A DNA stretch of 64,000 nucleotides, from NCBI GenBank assembly GCA_018823885.1, contig JAHJHG010000009.1, positions 151,751 to 215,750 of the forward strand, in the 5' to 3' direction. A program made the position numbers and the translations under genes. Within the stretch, counting starts at the first letter, position 1; the number at the start of each line of letters is the position of its first letter. The notes under the pieces are model-generated. The model was given only the letters and a program-made list of their open reading frames with translations. It searched no databases and had not been told where the DNA came from. Shown here in pieces: positions 9,238-18,889 of this stretch. The stretch comes from Patescibacteria group bacterium (lineage in GTDB: Bacteria; Patescibacteriota; Microgenomatia; UBA8517).

Positions 9238-10920
9238 ATGAATACCCAAACTAAAAAATGGGAGGTATTAAACAAATTACCTAAGGGTAAAAAGAAAATT
9301 ACCAGTAATGATATTATTAACACTCTTCTTAAGAGTCGAGGGATAACAACCCCCGAAAAAAGAAAAGAATTCTTCAATCCGGTCCTGCCTGAAAAAATTA
9401 CCTTACGCACCTTGGGACTCAGCAAGGTGGCTGTTGAAAAGGGGATAGCGAGGATAAAGAAGGCCAAAAAGAACAAAGAAAAGATTATTGTCTATGGAGA
9501 TTATGATGCTGATGGCATAACCGGTACAGCTATTCTCTGGGAAACTCTTTTTGCCTTTGATAAAGAAACACTTCCATATATCCCTGACCGGTTTACTGAA
9601 GGATATGGTTTAAATCCCAAAACTATTATTAAGTTAAAAGAGGAATATCCCAATTTAGGATTAATAATCAGTGTTGATAATGGTATTGTGGCCAATAAAG
9701 CGGTCACTAAGGCCAATAAGCTAGGAATGGATGTCATTATTACCGACCATCACAAAAAAGCAAAAACAATTCCTAAAGCACTAGCCATCATTCACACAAC
9801 TGAGATCGGTGGAGCGGCCGTTGCCTGGGTTTTTGCCAGAGAGATTAGGAAAAAACTTCGAATGCCGAAATCTGAGTTTAAAATGGGAGACGGATTGGAT
9901 TTGGCCGCGATAGGAACAATTGCCGATCAAATTTCTTTACTAGGCTCAAATCGTTCTTTTGTGAAATATGGCTTGAGAGCTTTAAACAAAACTATTCGAC
10001 CCGGATTACTTTCTCTTTTTAAAGAAGCAGCTATTAAGAGAGGAGCGATTGGTACTTATACGGTTGGTTTTATTGTTGCCCCAAGAATTAATGCTATGGG
10101 TAGACTTGAACATGCGATGGATGCTTTAAGACTTCTTTGCACAAAAAAAAGAGTTCAAGCAGAAGAGTTTGCTCATTTTTTGGGAAAAACTAACAACGAA
10201 AGACGAAAAATAGTTGATGAAGTAACTATTCATGCAACCGAGGCCGTTAAGGAGACAATGGAAACATCAATCCTTGTTGTTCATGAAAGTTATCATGAGG
10301 GTGTCATTGGGCTTGTTGCTTCCCGTTTAGTGGAAACATTTTACAAACCAACCATTGTCATTTCTCGAGGAAAAGAAATTTCTAAGGCTTCTGCCCGTTC
10401 AATTCCGGGATTTAATATCATTGATGCGATTAGAAACCTGGATAAATTAACCATTGAGGCGGGAGGTCACCCAATGGCGGCTGGGTTTAGTATCAAGACA
10501 AGCAATATAGATAAATTTACTAAGGAATTTGAGAAAGAAACAAAACTTGCGTTAAACGGGGAACTATTAACAAAAAAATTAAAAGTGGACATGGAATTGG
10601 GTTTTGATTTGTTGAGTAAAGAATTAGCGGAGATAATTTCAACTTTTGAACCAACCGGAACAGGGAATTATGCTCCGGTTTTTGCGACCAAAGGAGCAAC
10701 GGTTATTGAAGCAAGGGTTGTCGGCAAAACAGGTACACATCTAAAGTTAAAGTTGCAAGAAAACGACAAGATACTTGATACGATTGCTTTTGGCTTTGGC
10801 CACTTGTCTCCTAAACTTTCTTTGGGAAGCCTTGTTGATGTTGCTTATAATCTAGAAGAAAATGAGTGGAACGGTAGGAAGAGTTTGCAGCTCAATGCAA
10901 GGGATATAAGAATAAAATGA
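9238..10920 (+). CDS. recJ: Single-stranded-DNA-specific exonuclease RecJ
   Basis: DHH family motifs (IVYGDYDADGITG, ITDHH), DHHA1 and a C-terminal OB-like region. ATG at 9238 is preceded by AGGAGAA. The ORF track begins earlier, at 9064. Confidence 0.85.
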   Translation: MNTQTKKWEVLNKLPKGKKKITSNDIINTLLKSRGITTPEKRKEFFNPVLPEKITLRTLGLSKVAVEKGIARIKKAKKNKEKIIVYGDYDADGITGTAILWETLFAFDKETLPYIPDRFTEGYGLNPKTIIKLKEEYPNLGLIISVDNGIVANKAVTKANKLGMDVIITDHHKKAKTIPKALAIIHTTEIGGAAVAWVFAREIRKKLRMPKSEFKMGDGLDLAAIGTIADQISLLGSNRSFVKYGLRALNKTIRPGLLSLFKEAAIKRGAIGTYTVGFIVAPRINAMGRLEHAMDALRLLCTKKRVQAEEFAHFLGKTNNERRKIVDEVTIHATEAVKETMETSILVVHESYHEGVIGLVASRLVETFYKPTIVISRGKEISKASARSIPGFNIIDAIRNLDKLTIEAGGHPMAAGFSIKTSNIDKFTKEFEKETKLALNGELLTKKLKVDMELGFDLLSKELAEIISTFEPTGTGNYAPVFATKGATVIEARVVGKTGTHLKLKLQENDKILDTIAFGFGHLSPKLSLGSLVDVAYNLEENEWNGRKSLQLNARDIRIK

Positions 10921-12467
10921 ACAGGAAATTAGAAAAAGAATTTCAAGATTTAATAAAAGTTGTTAAAGAGCATGATGAAAAAGCGAATATCGAAAAAATT
11001 AAATTTGCCTGGGAATTTGCCAAGATTGCCCATACGGATCAGAAAAGATTAAGCGGGGAGCCATTTGTAAATCATCCCTTGCAAACTGCCAAAATATTGG
11101 CTGAATGGAGACTCGATTCAACCTCAATTATCGCTGCCCTCCTTCATGACACGATTGAGGATGGGGGAGCCGTCAGAGCAGACATTGTCAAAGAATTTGG
11201 GGAAGAGGTTGCTTTATTGGTAGACGGAGTGACCAAAGTGACTGCTCTTCGTTTGAAGGGGAGTAAGGAGGAAGTGTATACCGAAAACTTAAGGAAACTA
11301 CTGTTGGTGATGGCAAAAGACCTGAGGGTTGTCTTAGTGAAGCTCGCCGATAGGTTCCACAACATGCGGACATTATCAGCTCTTCCTGCAAACAAACAAA
11401 ACGAAAATGCGATAGAAACGTTAGAAATTTACGCACCACTGGCCGAGAGAGTGGGGGTAGGAGAAGTCAAAGGACAACTTGAAGATTTAGCTTTTCCCTT
11501 TGCCTATCCTAAAGAATTTAAGAAGACGATAGAAACCTCAAAGACTCATTATAAGGAAGTGGAGAGTTATATAGGGAAGATGAGAAGAGTCTTGTTGAGG
11601 AAGTTGACCAAAGAAGGCATTAAGGCAAAAATTCACGGTAGGAAGAAACACCTCTACTCATTGTGGAAAAAACTTAATCGTCCAGAGATTAATTGGGACT
11701 TCGATAAAATACATGACGTTGTGGCCATGAGGATTATTGTCAACAGAATTCCTCAATGTTATACGGCCTTGGGGGTTGTCCATGGTACATACAGACCTGT
11801 TCCCAATATTGGGGTTTCGGATTTCATTGCCCAACCAAAACCAAGCGGTTATCGATCAATTCACACAAAAGTGTTTGGTCCGGGAAGAAGAATTGTTGAA
11901 ATTCAAATTAGGACAAACAAAATGCATGAGCAAGCCGAGTTTGGCATTGCTGCCCACTGGGCATACGGAGAAGCGAAGAGTAGAGGAGTGAAAGATGTGA
12001 TATTGGAAGCGATGGGGGTAAGAACAGATGAAAACAAACTTCTTTGGGTTAAGCAACTGATTAATTGGCAGAAAGAAATTACGGACTCGAAAGAATTTTT
12101 AGAGGCAGTTAAATTTGATGCATTTCATCATCGGAATTTTATTTTCTCTCCCATGGGGGATGTTTATGATCTTCCTGATGGTTCCACGCCTGTTGATTTT
12201 GCCTACGCAATCCATTCTGATTTGGGTAGTTACACTAAAGGTGCCAGAGCGGATGGTAAGATGGTCCCGCTTGATTACAAACTAAAAAGCGGACAGGTGG
12301 TTGAAATACTAAAATCAAAAACTCCGAATGTGAATGCAGATTGGCTAGGTTTTGCAGTAACTACAGTAGCTAGACGAGAAATAAAAAAGTTTATTCAAGG
12401 CAAGACGGAGGCTCCAAAGGTTGACGATAATAATAGGCATTTGAGCAACAAGGGTAAAAAAAGGTAG
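10917..12467 (+). CDS. rel: RelA/SpoT-family (p)ppGpp synthetase/hydrolase (short form: HD, synthetase, TGS)
   Basis: HD motif LHDTIEDG. Synthetase region with YRSIHT. TGS-like VYDLPDGSTPVDFAYAIHSDLG. 516 aa. Confidence 0.85.
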   Translation: MNRKLEKEFQDLIKVVKEHDEKANIEKIKFAWEFAKIAHTDQKRLSGEPFVNHPLQTAKILAEWRLDSTSIIAALLHDTIEDGGAVRADIVKEFGEEVALLVDGVTKVTALRLKGSKEEVYTENLRKLLLVMAKDLRVVLVKLADRFHNMRTLSALPANKQNENAIETLEIYAPLAERVGVGEVKGQLEDLAFPFAYPKEFKKTIETSKTHYKEVESYIGKMRRVLLRKLTKEGIKAKIHGRKKHLYSLWKKLNRPEINWDFDKIHDVVAMRIIVNRIPQCYTALGVVHGTYRPVPNIGVSDFIAQPKPSGYRSIHTKVFGPGRRIVEIQIRTNKMHEQAEFGIAAHWAYGEAKSRGVKDVILEAMGVRTDENKLLWVKQLINWQKEITDSKEFLEAVKFDAFHHRNFIFSPMGDVYDLPDGSTPVDFAYAIHSDLGSYTKGARADGKMVPLDYKLKSGQVVEILKSKTPNVNADWLGFAVTTVARREIKKFIQGKTEAPKVDDNNRHLSNKGKKR

Positions 12468-12479
12468 AATCAAGACTAG

Positions 12480-13886
12480 ATGGAAAGAATCTTAATAAAA
12501 GAAACAAAAGAAAAAGTAGGCGAAAAAGTTAAGGTGGTGGGCTGGATCAATAGCATTCGTGATCATGGCAAACTGACTTTTATCGATCTTCGAGACAGAA
12601 CGGGTTTGGTTCAGTTGGTGGGCAAAGAATTACCCAAGATAAGCAATGAAAGTGTTGTAGAAGTAGTCGGTAAGGTCGCTAAGCGTCCTGAGAAGCTGGT
12701 TAACTCGAATCTTGAAACAGGCGGGATTGAAATTCAAATTGAGAAATTTGAAGTAATATCCAAAGCTAAAGAGATACCTATTCCTCTTGATACGGATGGT
12801 TATGATATTGAGGAAGGGACAAGATTAAAATATCGCTACCTCGATCTTAGGCGAGAAAGATTAACGAAAAATATAAGAATAAGAAGTAAGGCCATTAATT
12901 TTATTCGTAACTGGTTAACCGAAAAGGATTTTGTTGATATTGAGACTCCAATTTTTACAAAGACAACTCCTGAAGGAGCCCGTGACTTTTTGGTTCCTTC
13001 TAGACTCCAGCCTGGAAAATTCTATGCATTACCTCAATCTCCTCAACAGTACAAACAACTTTTAATGGTTTCGGGGTTTGAAAAATATTTCCAGATTGCA
13101 CGCTGTTTTAGAGACGAAGATCCTCGAGCGGACAGAGCCTATGGAGAATTTACTCAATTGGATATCGAAATGAGCTTTACCGATCAGGAAGAGATATTAA
13201 AGCTTACAGAGCAACTTTTTACGGATTTAATTAAAAAGGTTTTTCCCGAAAAGAAAATAACCAAGGAACCCTGGCCTCGACTCACTCATGCTGAGGCAAT
13301 TAAAAAATACGGAAATGATAAGCCGGACTTGAGAAAAGATACGAAAGACCCCAACGAGTTGGCTTTTGTTTGGATAGTTGATTTTCCTCTTTTTGTAAAA
13401 CAAGAAAAAGAAGATTTCTATCATGGAATAGGTAAAGCAAAATATGCACCTTCTCATCACATGTTTACCGCTCCTCACCCTGATGATATTTCCATGTTGG
13501 ATAAAGATCCCTTAAAGGTTCGCGGATTACAGCACGATATGGTATTAAACGGACACGAAGTTGGAGGGGGAAGTATTAGGATTCATCAAGCAGAAATACA
13601 AGAAAAAATATTTAAATTGATTGGCTTTGATGACAAGCAAAAGAAGCAATTTGAACATCTTCTTCAAGCTTTTGAATATGGTGTTCCTCCTCATGGTGGA
13701 ATCGCTCCCGGCATTGATAGATTTTTGTACACCGTTTTGGGTGAGCGAAGTCTTAGGGAAGTGATGGCTTTCCCGATGACAGCCGGTGGAACCACGGCCG
13801 TTATGGATGCCCCCAGTCGGGCAGGAGAGGAACAGTTGAAGGAATTGGGAATTAAGGTTACAGAAAGCCGTGACAAGAAAAAATGA
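12480..13886 (+). CDS. aspS: Aspartate--tRNA ligase (compact bacterial type lacking the GAD insertion)
   Basis: QSPQQYKQLLM, FRDEDPRADR (motif 2), GGGSIRIH and PPHGGIAPGIDR (motif 3). 468 aa. Confidence 0.85.
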   Translation: MERILIKETKEKVGEKVKVVGWINSIRDHGKLTFIDLRDRTGLVQLVGKELPKISNESVVEVVGKVAKRPEKLVNSNLETGGIEIQIEKFEVISKAKEIPIPLDTDGYDIEEGTRLKYRYLDLRRERLTKNIRIRSKAINFIRNWLTEKDFVDIETPIFTKTTPEGARDFLVPSRLQPGKFYALPQSPQQYKQLLMVSGFEKYFQIARCFRDEDPRADRAYGEFTQLDIEMSFTDQEEILKLTEQLFTDLIKKVFPEKKITKEPWPRLTHAEAIKKYGNDKPDLRKDTKDPNELAFVWIVDFPLFVKQEKEDFYHGIGKAKYAPSHHMFTAPHPDDISMLDKDPLKVRGLQHDMVLNGHEVGGGSIRIHQAEIQEKIFKLIGFDDKQKKQFEHLLQAFEYGVPPHGGIAPGIDRFLYTVLGERSLREVMAFPMTAGGTTAVMDAPSRAGEEQLKELGIKVTESRDKKK

Positions 13887-14833
13887 AATCTCTTCTAGGT
13901 GGAAATCGTAATCTATTATTTTTGTCTCTATTTTCATTTGTTTTTATAGCATCAAGCGCACTTGCTATTTCAAAAGGACAGGAAATATATTTGGAGAAGA
14001 AAGCAACTGTTTCAAAATCCTTTACCCCAATCCCTGTTTTGTCTGAAGAAGCAGGCTTTCCGGTTCTTTCCGCCCAGGCGGCTTTAGCAATTGATATTGG
14101 TTCGGGAATAACTCTTTATGAAAAGAATCCGGAAAAACCTTTACTTCCGGCTTCTACTACAAAAATTGTTACGGCCCTTGTCGCTATGGATTATTATCCA
14201 ATGGATACGATTATCAAGGTAGGCAGAGTAAATATTGAAGGGCAGAAAATGGGTCTGGTTCAAGGAGAAGAGATAACAGTCCAAGATTTGCTTTATGGTC
14301 TTCTGATTTACAGCGCCAATGATGCGGCAGAAGTTTTGGCGGTCAACTTTCCGGGCGGAAGAGAAATGTTTATCACAGCCATGAATTTAAAGGCAAGTCA
14401 GTTACATTTGGAAAATACTTCTTTTTCAAATCCCTCAGGGCTTGACGGAAACGGGCATCACTCAACGGCAAAGGATTTAATTAGAGTGGCGGAAGTGGCT
14501 ATGAGAAAACCCGCATTTCGGGAGATAGTGGCTATCAGAGAAAAAGAGGTTGCCAGTGTTGACGGAAAAATAAAACACAAACTAGTAAATATAAATGAGT
14601 TGTTGGGAAAAGTTGAAGGGGTTTTGGGAGTAAAAACAGGCTGGACGGAAAGCGCCAGAGAAAACTTGGTTACTTACATTGAGAGGGATGGGAAGAAAAT
14701 CATGATTGTTTTGCTTTCAAGCCAAGACAGGTTTGGAGAAACAGAAGAGCTTATCAACTGGATATTTGAAAATTATGAATGGCAGGAAGTGAAACTGTCT
14801 TTTGAAGAAATTATTCTCCGTAGTAATCACTAG
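13883..14833 (+). CDS. D-alanyl-D-alanine carboxypeptidase (peptidase S11, PBP5-like)
   Basis: Signal peptide. SxxK (ASTTK), SxN (SANDAA) and KTG (KTGWT) motifs present. Confidence 0.75.
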   Translation: MKSLLGGNRNLLFLSLFSFVFIASSALAISKGQEIYLEKKATVSKSFTPIPVLSEEAGFPVLSAQAALAIDIGSGITLYEKNPEKPLLPASTTKIVTALVAMDYYPMDTIIKVGRVNIEGQKMGLVQGEEITVQDLLYGLLIYSANDAAEVLAVNFPGGREMFITAMNLKASQLHLENTSFSNPSGLDGNGHHSTAKDLIRVAEVAMRKPAFREIVAIREKEVASVDGKIKHKLVNINELLGKVEGVLGVKTGWTESARENLVTYIERDGKKIMIVLLSSQDRFGETEELINWIFENYEWQEVKLSFEEIILRSNH

Positions 14834-15857
14834 TCACTGCCGGTACGTAAGCTGAGAATCCTCTGTCTCCCTCAAAGACGATGATTGGTTGGTAAAATTC
14901 TGCTGAGACTCCCCCATCATAATAGGCGAGATAGACACGTCTGATAACAATATTGCTTTCGTTATCGACGCCTTGACTGGCAATAAATGCATTTCCAGCT
15001 TTAAGTTCTTCCCAGGCGGATTCGGCGAGTTTGATGGGATAAGTTGCGGATTTATCTTCGTCTACTGGGAAGTAATGAAATTCAGAGGCAATAATTTGTT
15101 TTTCCCGTTCTCTCGATCCGCTAACCATAAACCAAGTGTTGGCTTGACTCGGATTTGGTGTAAGGCTGGGGAAATTATCATAACTTTTTCTAAAAAGGTA
15201 GACCTTAACCAAGTCAGCTTCGGAAAGTGAAACTGCGTTGGCGAAACTTCCCTCCTCTATTTTAAGGAATTGGTGAGTGGTCGGGCCGGTTAAATCTACT
15301 GGCAAAAGGTTTGCAGAAGAAAGATATGACCTAATTTGAGATGCGGCTATTTCAGGTGAAGGCGGTCTTTGCTCTATTGGAGAAGAATCTTTAGATAAAT
15401 CATAACTAATAGAGAAAATGCCATTAATAATGTTCATATCTAAAGTTGAAGGTGCTCTTTGATGTTTAAAACGATAGAGTGTTTGGGAAACTTGTTCTCC
15501 GCTAGGGATAAAACCGAGATTAGTCGCTTTATCTTTCGCCAGCTCTAAGTTTAATTGGGTTTGAACAGGTTTTGGCATAAAGTATACCTTGGCCTGAGTT
15601 GAGAGAACGGGAATACTTCCTTCAGGCGTTTCAAGAGTATAACTAGGGTTTCCAGCAACTTCTTTTTTTGGGAAGGGAATCTTTGGTAATTTTCCAAAGG
15701 CAACTGTTGGCGGAGGAGGCGGTTCTGGGAAGAAGTGTCGATAAACACTAATACTTGTAGAGAGGGCAATTTTTCCGATAATTAAGGCAATCACCCCATA
15801 AAGGCCGTATCTTATTATTTTCCTGGTCATAATTGCAGTTTGAGTCAATGAGGCCAT
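14811..15857 (-). CDS. Hypothetical membrane-anchored secreted protein
   Basis: N-terminal TM helix, then a Pro-rich stretch (PEPPPPPT). 348 aa. No recognised domain. Convergent with the carboxypeptidase gene, 23-nt overlap. Confidence 0.5.
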   Translation of the reverse strand: MASLTQTAIMTRKIIRYGLYGVIALIIGKIALSTSISVYRHFFPEPPPPPTVAFGKLPKIPFPKKEVAGNPSYTLETPEGSIPVLSTQAKVYFMPKPVQTQLNLELAKDKATNLGFIPSGEQVSQTLYRFKHQRAPSTLDMNIINGIFSISYDLSKDSSPIEQRPPSPEIAASQIRSYLSSANLLPVDLTGPTTHQFLKIEEGSFANAVSLSEADLVKVYLFRKSYDNFPSLTPNPSQANTWFMVSGSREREKQIIASEFHYFPVDEDKSATYPIKLAESAWEELKAGNAFIASQGVDNESNIVIRRVYLAYYDGGVSAEFYQPIIVFEGDRGFSAYVPAVTSDYYGE

Positions 15858-15933
15858 TTTTAGTTTTTCCAGCTGTTTTTGCTTGTTAGGCTGCTTTGAG
15901 TATAGACTTTGTAGGTGGTAGAATTCAATTACA

Positions 15934-17223
15934 ATGGTGGCTTCTGAGGGTAAAAAAGTAAGAGTTAGGATTGCACCTTCTCCAACGGGATTTGCTCATG
16001 TGGGAACTGCCTATGCCGCTCTTTTTAATTACGCTTTTGCGAAAAACAAGGGTGGGAAATTTATTATCAGGCTCGAGGATACAGACGTAAAACGACATGT
16101 TAAAGACGCCGAGCAGGCCATTTACGATGGTCTTGCCTGGCTGGGTTTCTCTTGGGACGAAGGACCGGATAAAGGTGGGGAGTATGCCCCATATAAACAG
16201 TCGGAGAGGCTAGAGATATATAAAGAGAAAGCAAAAGAGTTACTAGAGAAAGGTAAGGCTTACGAGGAAGATGGCGCCATTAGGTTTAAGAACCCTGGAG
16301 ATGATGTTGGTTGGAAGGATATTGTGAGAGGAGATATAAATTTCCCAGGCGGTGAAGTAACCGATTTTGTCATTATGAAGTCCGATGGTTTCCCTACTTA
16401 TAACTTTGCGGTAGTAATAGATGATTTATTAATGAAAATAACCCATGTTATCCGGGGAGAAGAACACATTTCCAATACTCCCAGGCAACTTGCGCTTTAC
16501 AAAGCCTTGAATGAGAAAGCGCCGGAGTTTGCTCATCTGCCCACACTGAGAAACAAAGAAAGAAAAAAACTTTCTAAAAGAAAAGACCCTGTCGATTTAA
16601 GGATCTACCAAAAGGAAGGATATTTGCCGGAAGCATTAGTTAATTTCTTGTGTCTTCTCGGCTGGTCTCATCCGAAAGAAAAAGAAATATTTTCATTGAG
16701 TGAATTTGTTAAATCCTTCAGTTTGGAAAGGGTAAGAAAGGCGGGGCCAATCTTTGATAAAGATAAACTAGATTGGATAAATGGAGAATATTTAAGAAAA
16801 CTAGATGATTCAGAACTTGTAGATAAGATTTGGGAATTTTATAACGGAAAATATTCAAAAGGAGAAATTGCAAAAATAGTTCCACTCATTAAAGAAAGAA
16901 TTAAAACTTTTTCCGAGCTAGAAACATTGGCCGGATTTTTCTTTGAAGAGCAGAAGGTTGACAAAGAATTATTTGGTAAAGGTTATAAGGAACATATTGA
17001 CAAGGCCGTTGAAACATTGGAGAAAGTTGATGAGTGGAGTAAAGAAAATATCGACAAAATGCTTTTGGCTAATGTTAAGAAAAATAATTTTAAGACAGGG
17101 AACTTTTTTATGGATTTAAGAATTGCGATTACGGGAAAGAAATTTACACCACCGATTAATGATTCAATTGTCATCCTTGGGAAAGAAGAAACATTAAAGA
17201 GACTAAAGAAATATAATAAATAA
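15934..17223 (+). CDS. gltX: Glutamate--tRNA ligase (short class I GluRS)
   Basis: HIGH-type motif SPTGFAHVGTA, KMSKS-type KLSKRK, and a helical C-terminal anticodon-binding region. 429 aa. Confidence 0.8.
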   Translation: MVASEGKKVRVRIAPSPTGFAHVGTAYAALFNYAFAKNKGGKFIIRLEDTDVKRHVKDAEQAIYDGLAWLGFSWDEGPDKGGEYAPYKQSERLEIYKEKAKELLEKGKAYEEDGAIRFKNPGDDVGWKDIVRGDINFPGGEVTDFVIMKSDGFPTYNFAVVIDDLLMKITHVIRGEEHISNTPRQLALYKALNEKAPEFAHLPTLRNKERKKLSKRKDPVDLRIYQKEGYLPEALVNFLCLLGWSHPKEKEIFSLSEFVKSFSLERVRKAGPIFDKDKLDWINGEYLRKLDDSELVDKIWEFYNGKYSKGEIAKIVPLIKERIKTFSELETLAGFFFEEQKVDKELFGKGYKEHIDKAVETLEKVDEWSKENIDKMLLANVKKNNFKTGNFFMDLRIAITGKKFTPPINDSIVILGKEETLKRLKKYNK

Positions 17224-17224
17224 T

Positions 17225-18190
17225 ATGGGAAAACCTGCCTCTAAAAAAACAAAGAAAAAAATATCTTCTGAGGATCTGCGACAAAAACTAAAACTTAAAC
17301 ATTTAGAGACTAAAAGAAAGTTTTCAGAAAAATATCCTGATGTAGAAAAGTTTTTCGAAGACAAAGGGATTAAATTAGAAGATGTTAGAAAGCACTCAGC
17401 TAAAATAATCGGGGCAGGGGCGATAACCGGAACCCTTCTTCTAAACCCTTCCGGAGATCCGCAAATATTACCGACTCCAAATGAAGTAATTGAAAAGCTC
17501 AAAGATCAGGGTAAGGTAGAAGGGGTCGACACTCCGCAGAAATTATTGGTTGATACCCTAGATTCTGTTTTACCAAAGGAAGTACAGTCTTTAACTCGGG
17601 CAGAAGAAAAATTTTTAGAACAGCTTTTTCAAAACATATTGGGTGTTAACACTCGGGCAACACTAGAAGGTGAGCATTTAAATACGACATTTGGTCGCAT
17701 TGGGGCAGAACAGCACTTAAGAAGATACCCAGGAGATGTTCTTCTCAATCATGGCTCAGGGGATGTTCTTACGGAAGGAATTGCTCCCGGTCTTGGTGCT
17801 TGGGGATATTTTGCGCCTACTAAGGCTGCGTTTACCCCGGATTTGGAAGAAACCGAAAGATGGTATGCAGTTGTTCAAACTCTCTATTTACCAGACTGGA
17901 ACACAAGACAGCCATATTTAAGGGATTGGTACAAACACAGAAAGGTATTGATAGTTAATACCGATAATGGCAATGCTGTTATTGCCGCTATCGCCGATTC
18001 TGGGCCGGCCGCGTGGACGGGGAAGCATTATGGAGGCAGTCCTGAGGTAATGGACTACCTTGGCGGGCCAAGGTACAAGAAAGGTCCAGTTATTCTGTTC
18101 TTCGTTGACGATCCGGAAAACAATGTGCCATTAGGTCCAGTGGAATATAATAAATTAAACTTACCAGCAGGTTCATTGCACGAAATATGA
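17225..18190 (+). CDS. Hypothetical protein with a C-terminal RlpA-like double-psi beta-barrel (DPBB) domain
   Basis: The C-terminal stretch VLIVNTDNGNAVIAAIADSGPAAWTGKHYGGSPEVMDYLG resembles the RlpA/3D DPBB core (VxVTNxxNGxSVVVRINDRGP...DLSxAA). Confidence 0.4.
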   Translation: MGKPASKKTKKKISSEDLRQKLKLKHLETKRKFSEKYPDVEKFFEDKGIKLEDVRKHSAKIIGAGAITGTLLLNPSGDPQILPTPNEVIEKLKDQGKVEGVDTPQKLLVDTLDSVLPKEVQSLTRAEEKFLEQLFQNILGVNTRATLEGEHLNTTFGRIGAEQHLRRYPGDVLLNHGSGDVLTEGIAPGLGAWGYFAPTKAAFTPDLEETERWYAVVQTLYLPDWNTRQPYLRDWYKHRKVLIVNTDNGNAVIAAIADSGPAAWTGKHYGGSPEVMDYLGGPRYKKGPVILFFVDDPENNVPLGPVEYNKLNLPAGSLHEI

Positions 18191-18513
18191 GTAAAGTATA
18201 TTACGATCATTTAATTGTTCTTGATGATATCGAGAACAAAATTAAAGATATTGCCGAGACACGAGAAGAAAGAGAAGAACTTTGGCAATTAGTTGATGAC
18301 ATTATTCACCGCCGAGTATTGGCTTGTGTATTAGACAATCTTCCTAAGGGCAATCATGAAGAGTTTCTGGGAATGTTCCACGAAGCTCCGCATAGCTTAA
18401 GCTTGATGGATTACTTAAAAGAAAGAATTAAAGATAATATTGAAGAGTTAATTAAACAAGAAATTGGTGGTTTAGCCACGGAACTTCTAGAGGAACTTCA
18501 AGCAAAAGAGTAG
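18187..18513 (+). CDS. Hypothetical acidic small protein
   Basis: 108-aa ORF overlapping the upstream gene's stop (ATGA junction). No recognised motif. Confidence 0.4.
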   Translation: MSKVYYDHLIVLDDIENKIKDIAETREEREELWQLVDDIIHRRVLACVLDNLPKGNHEEFLGMFHEAPHSLSLMDYLKERIKDNIEELIKQEIGGLATELLEELQAKE

Positions 18514-18519
18514 TTGTTT

Positions 18520-18800
18520 TTCGAAGGTGGTACTGGGGACTGGCTAGGAATTGGTAAAGTTGTTGTGATGTTGATGCTGGTATCGGTCTCACTTGGATAG
18601 GTCTAGTCGCCGTTGATTGTTTGGAGCAAGGAGGTAGGATTTTTTATTAAACAGCATATGCTGTCCCTCCTCCTGCGCTTTGTTCGGCGATCCACCCACA
18701 CCCTTTACTTGATATTCAATTGTAGGAAACTTTAGACGCCCAAATCGTCATGTCTCCTGCTTTCTCTACAGATAAGCCAGTCCCCACCGGCTGTCAAGCT
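18520..18800. ncRNA. Candidate structured RNA of unknown class in a 375-bp intergenic region
   Basis: An 11-bp long-range complement joins 18534-18544 (TGGGGACTGGC) and 18777-18787 (GCCAGTCCCCA). There is an internal perfect palindrome ACAGCATATGCTGT, a GGAGG/CCTCC flanking stem, and a further hairpin GGCTG..CGAAC/GTTCG.CAGCC at 18790-18832. Strand and class are undetermined. Confidence 0.2.
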
Positions 18801-18889
18801 TCGAACGAATAAGCAATAATGGTTCGTCAGCCTGACTTCTAACTCATAATACCACAGCTAATATATTTTTCACAAGTAGTTGATATACT

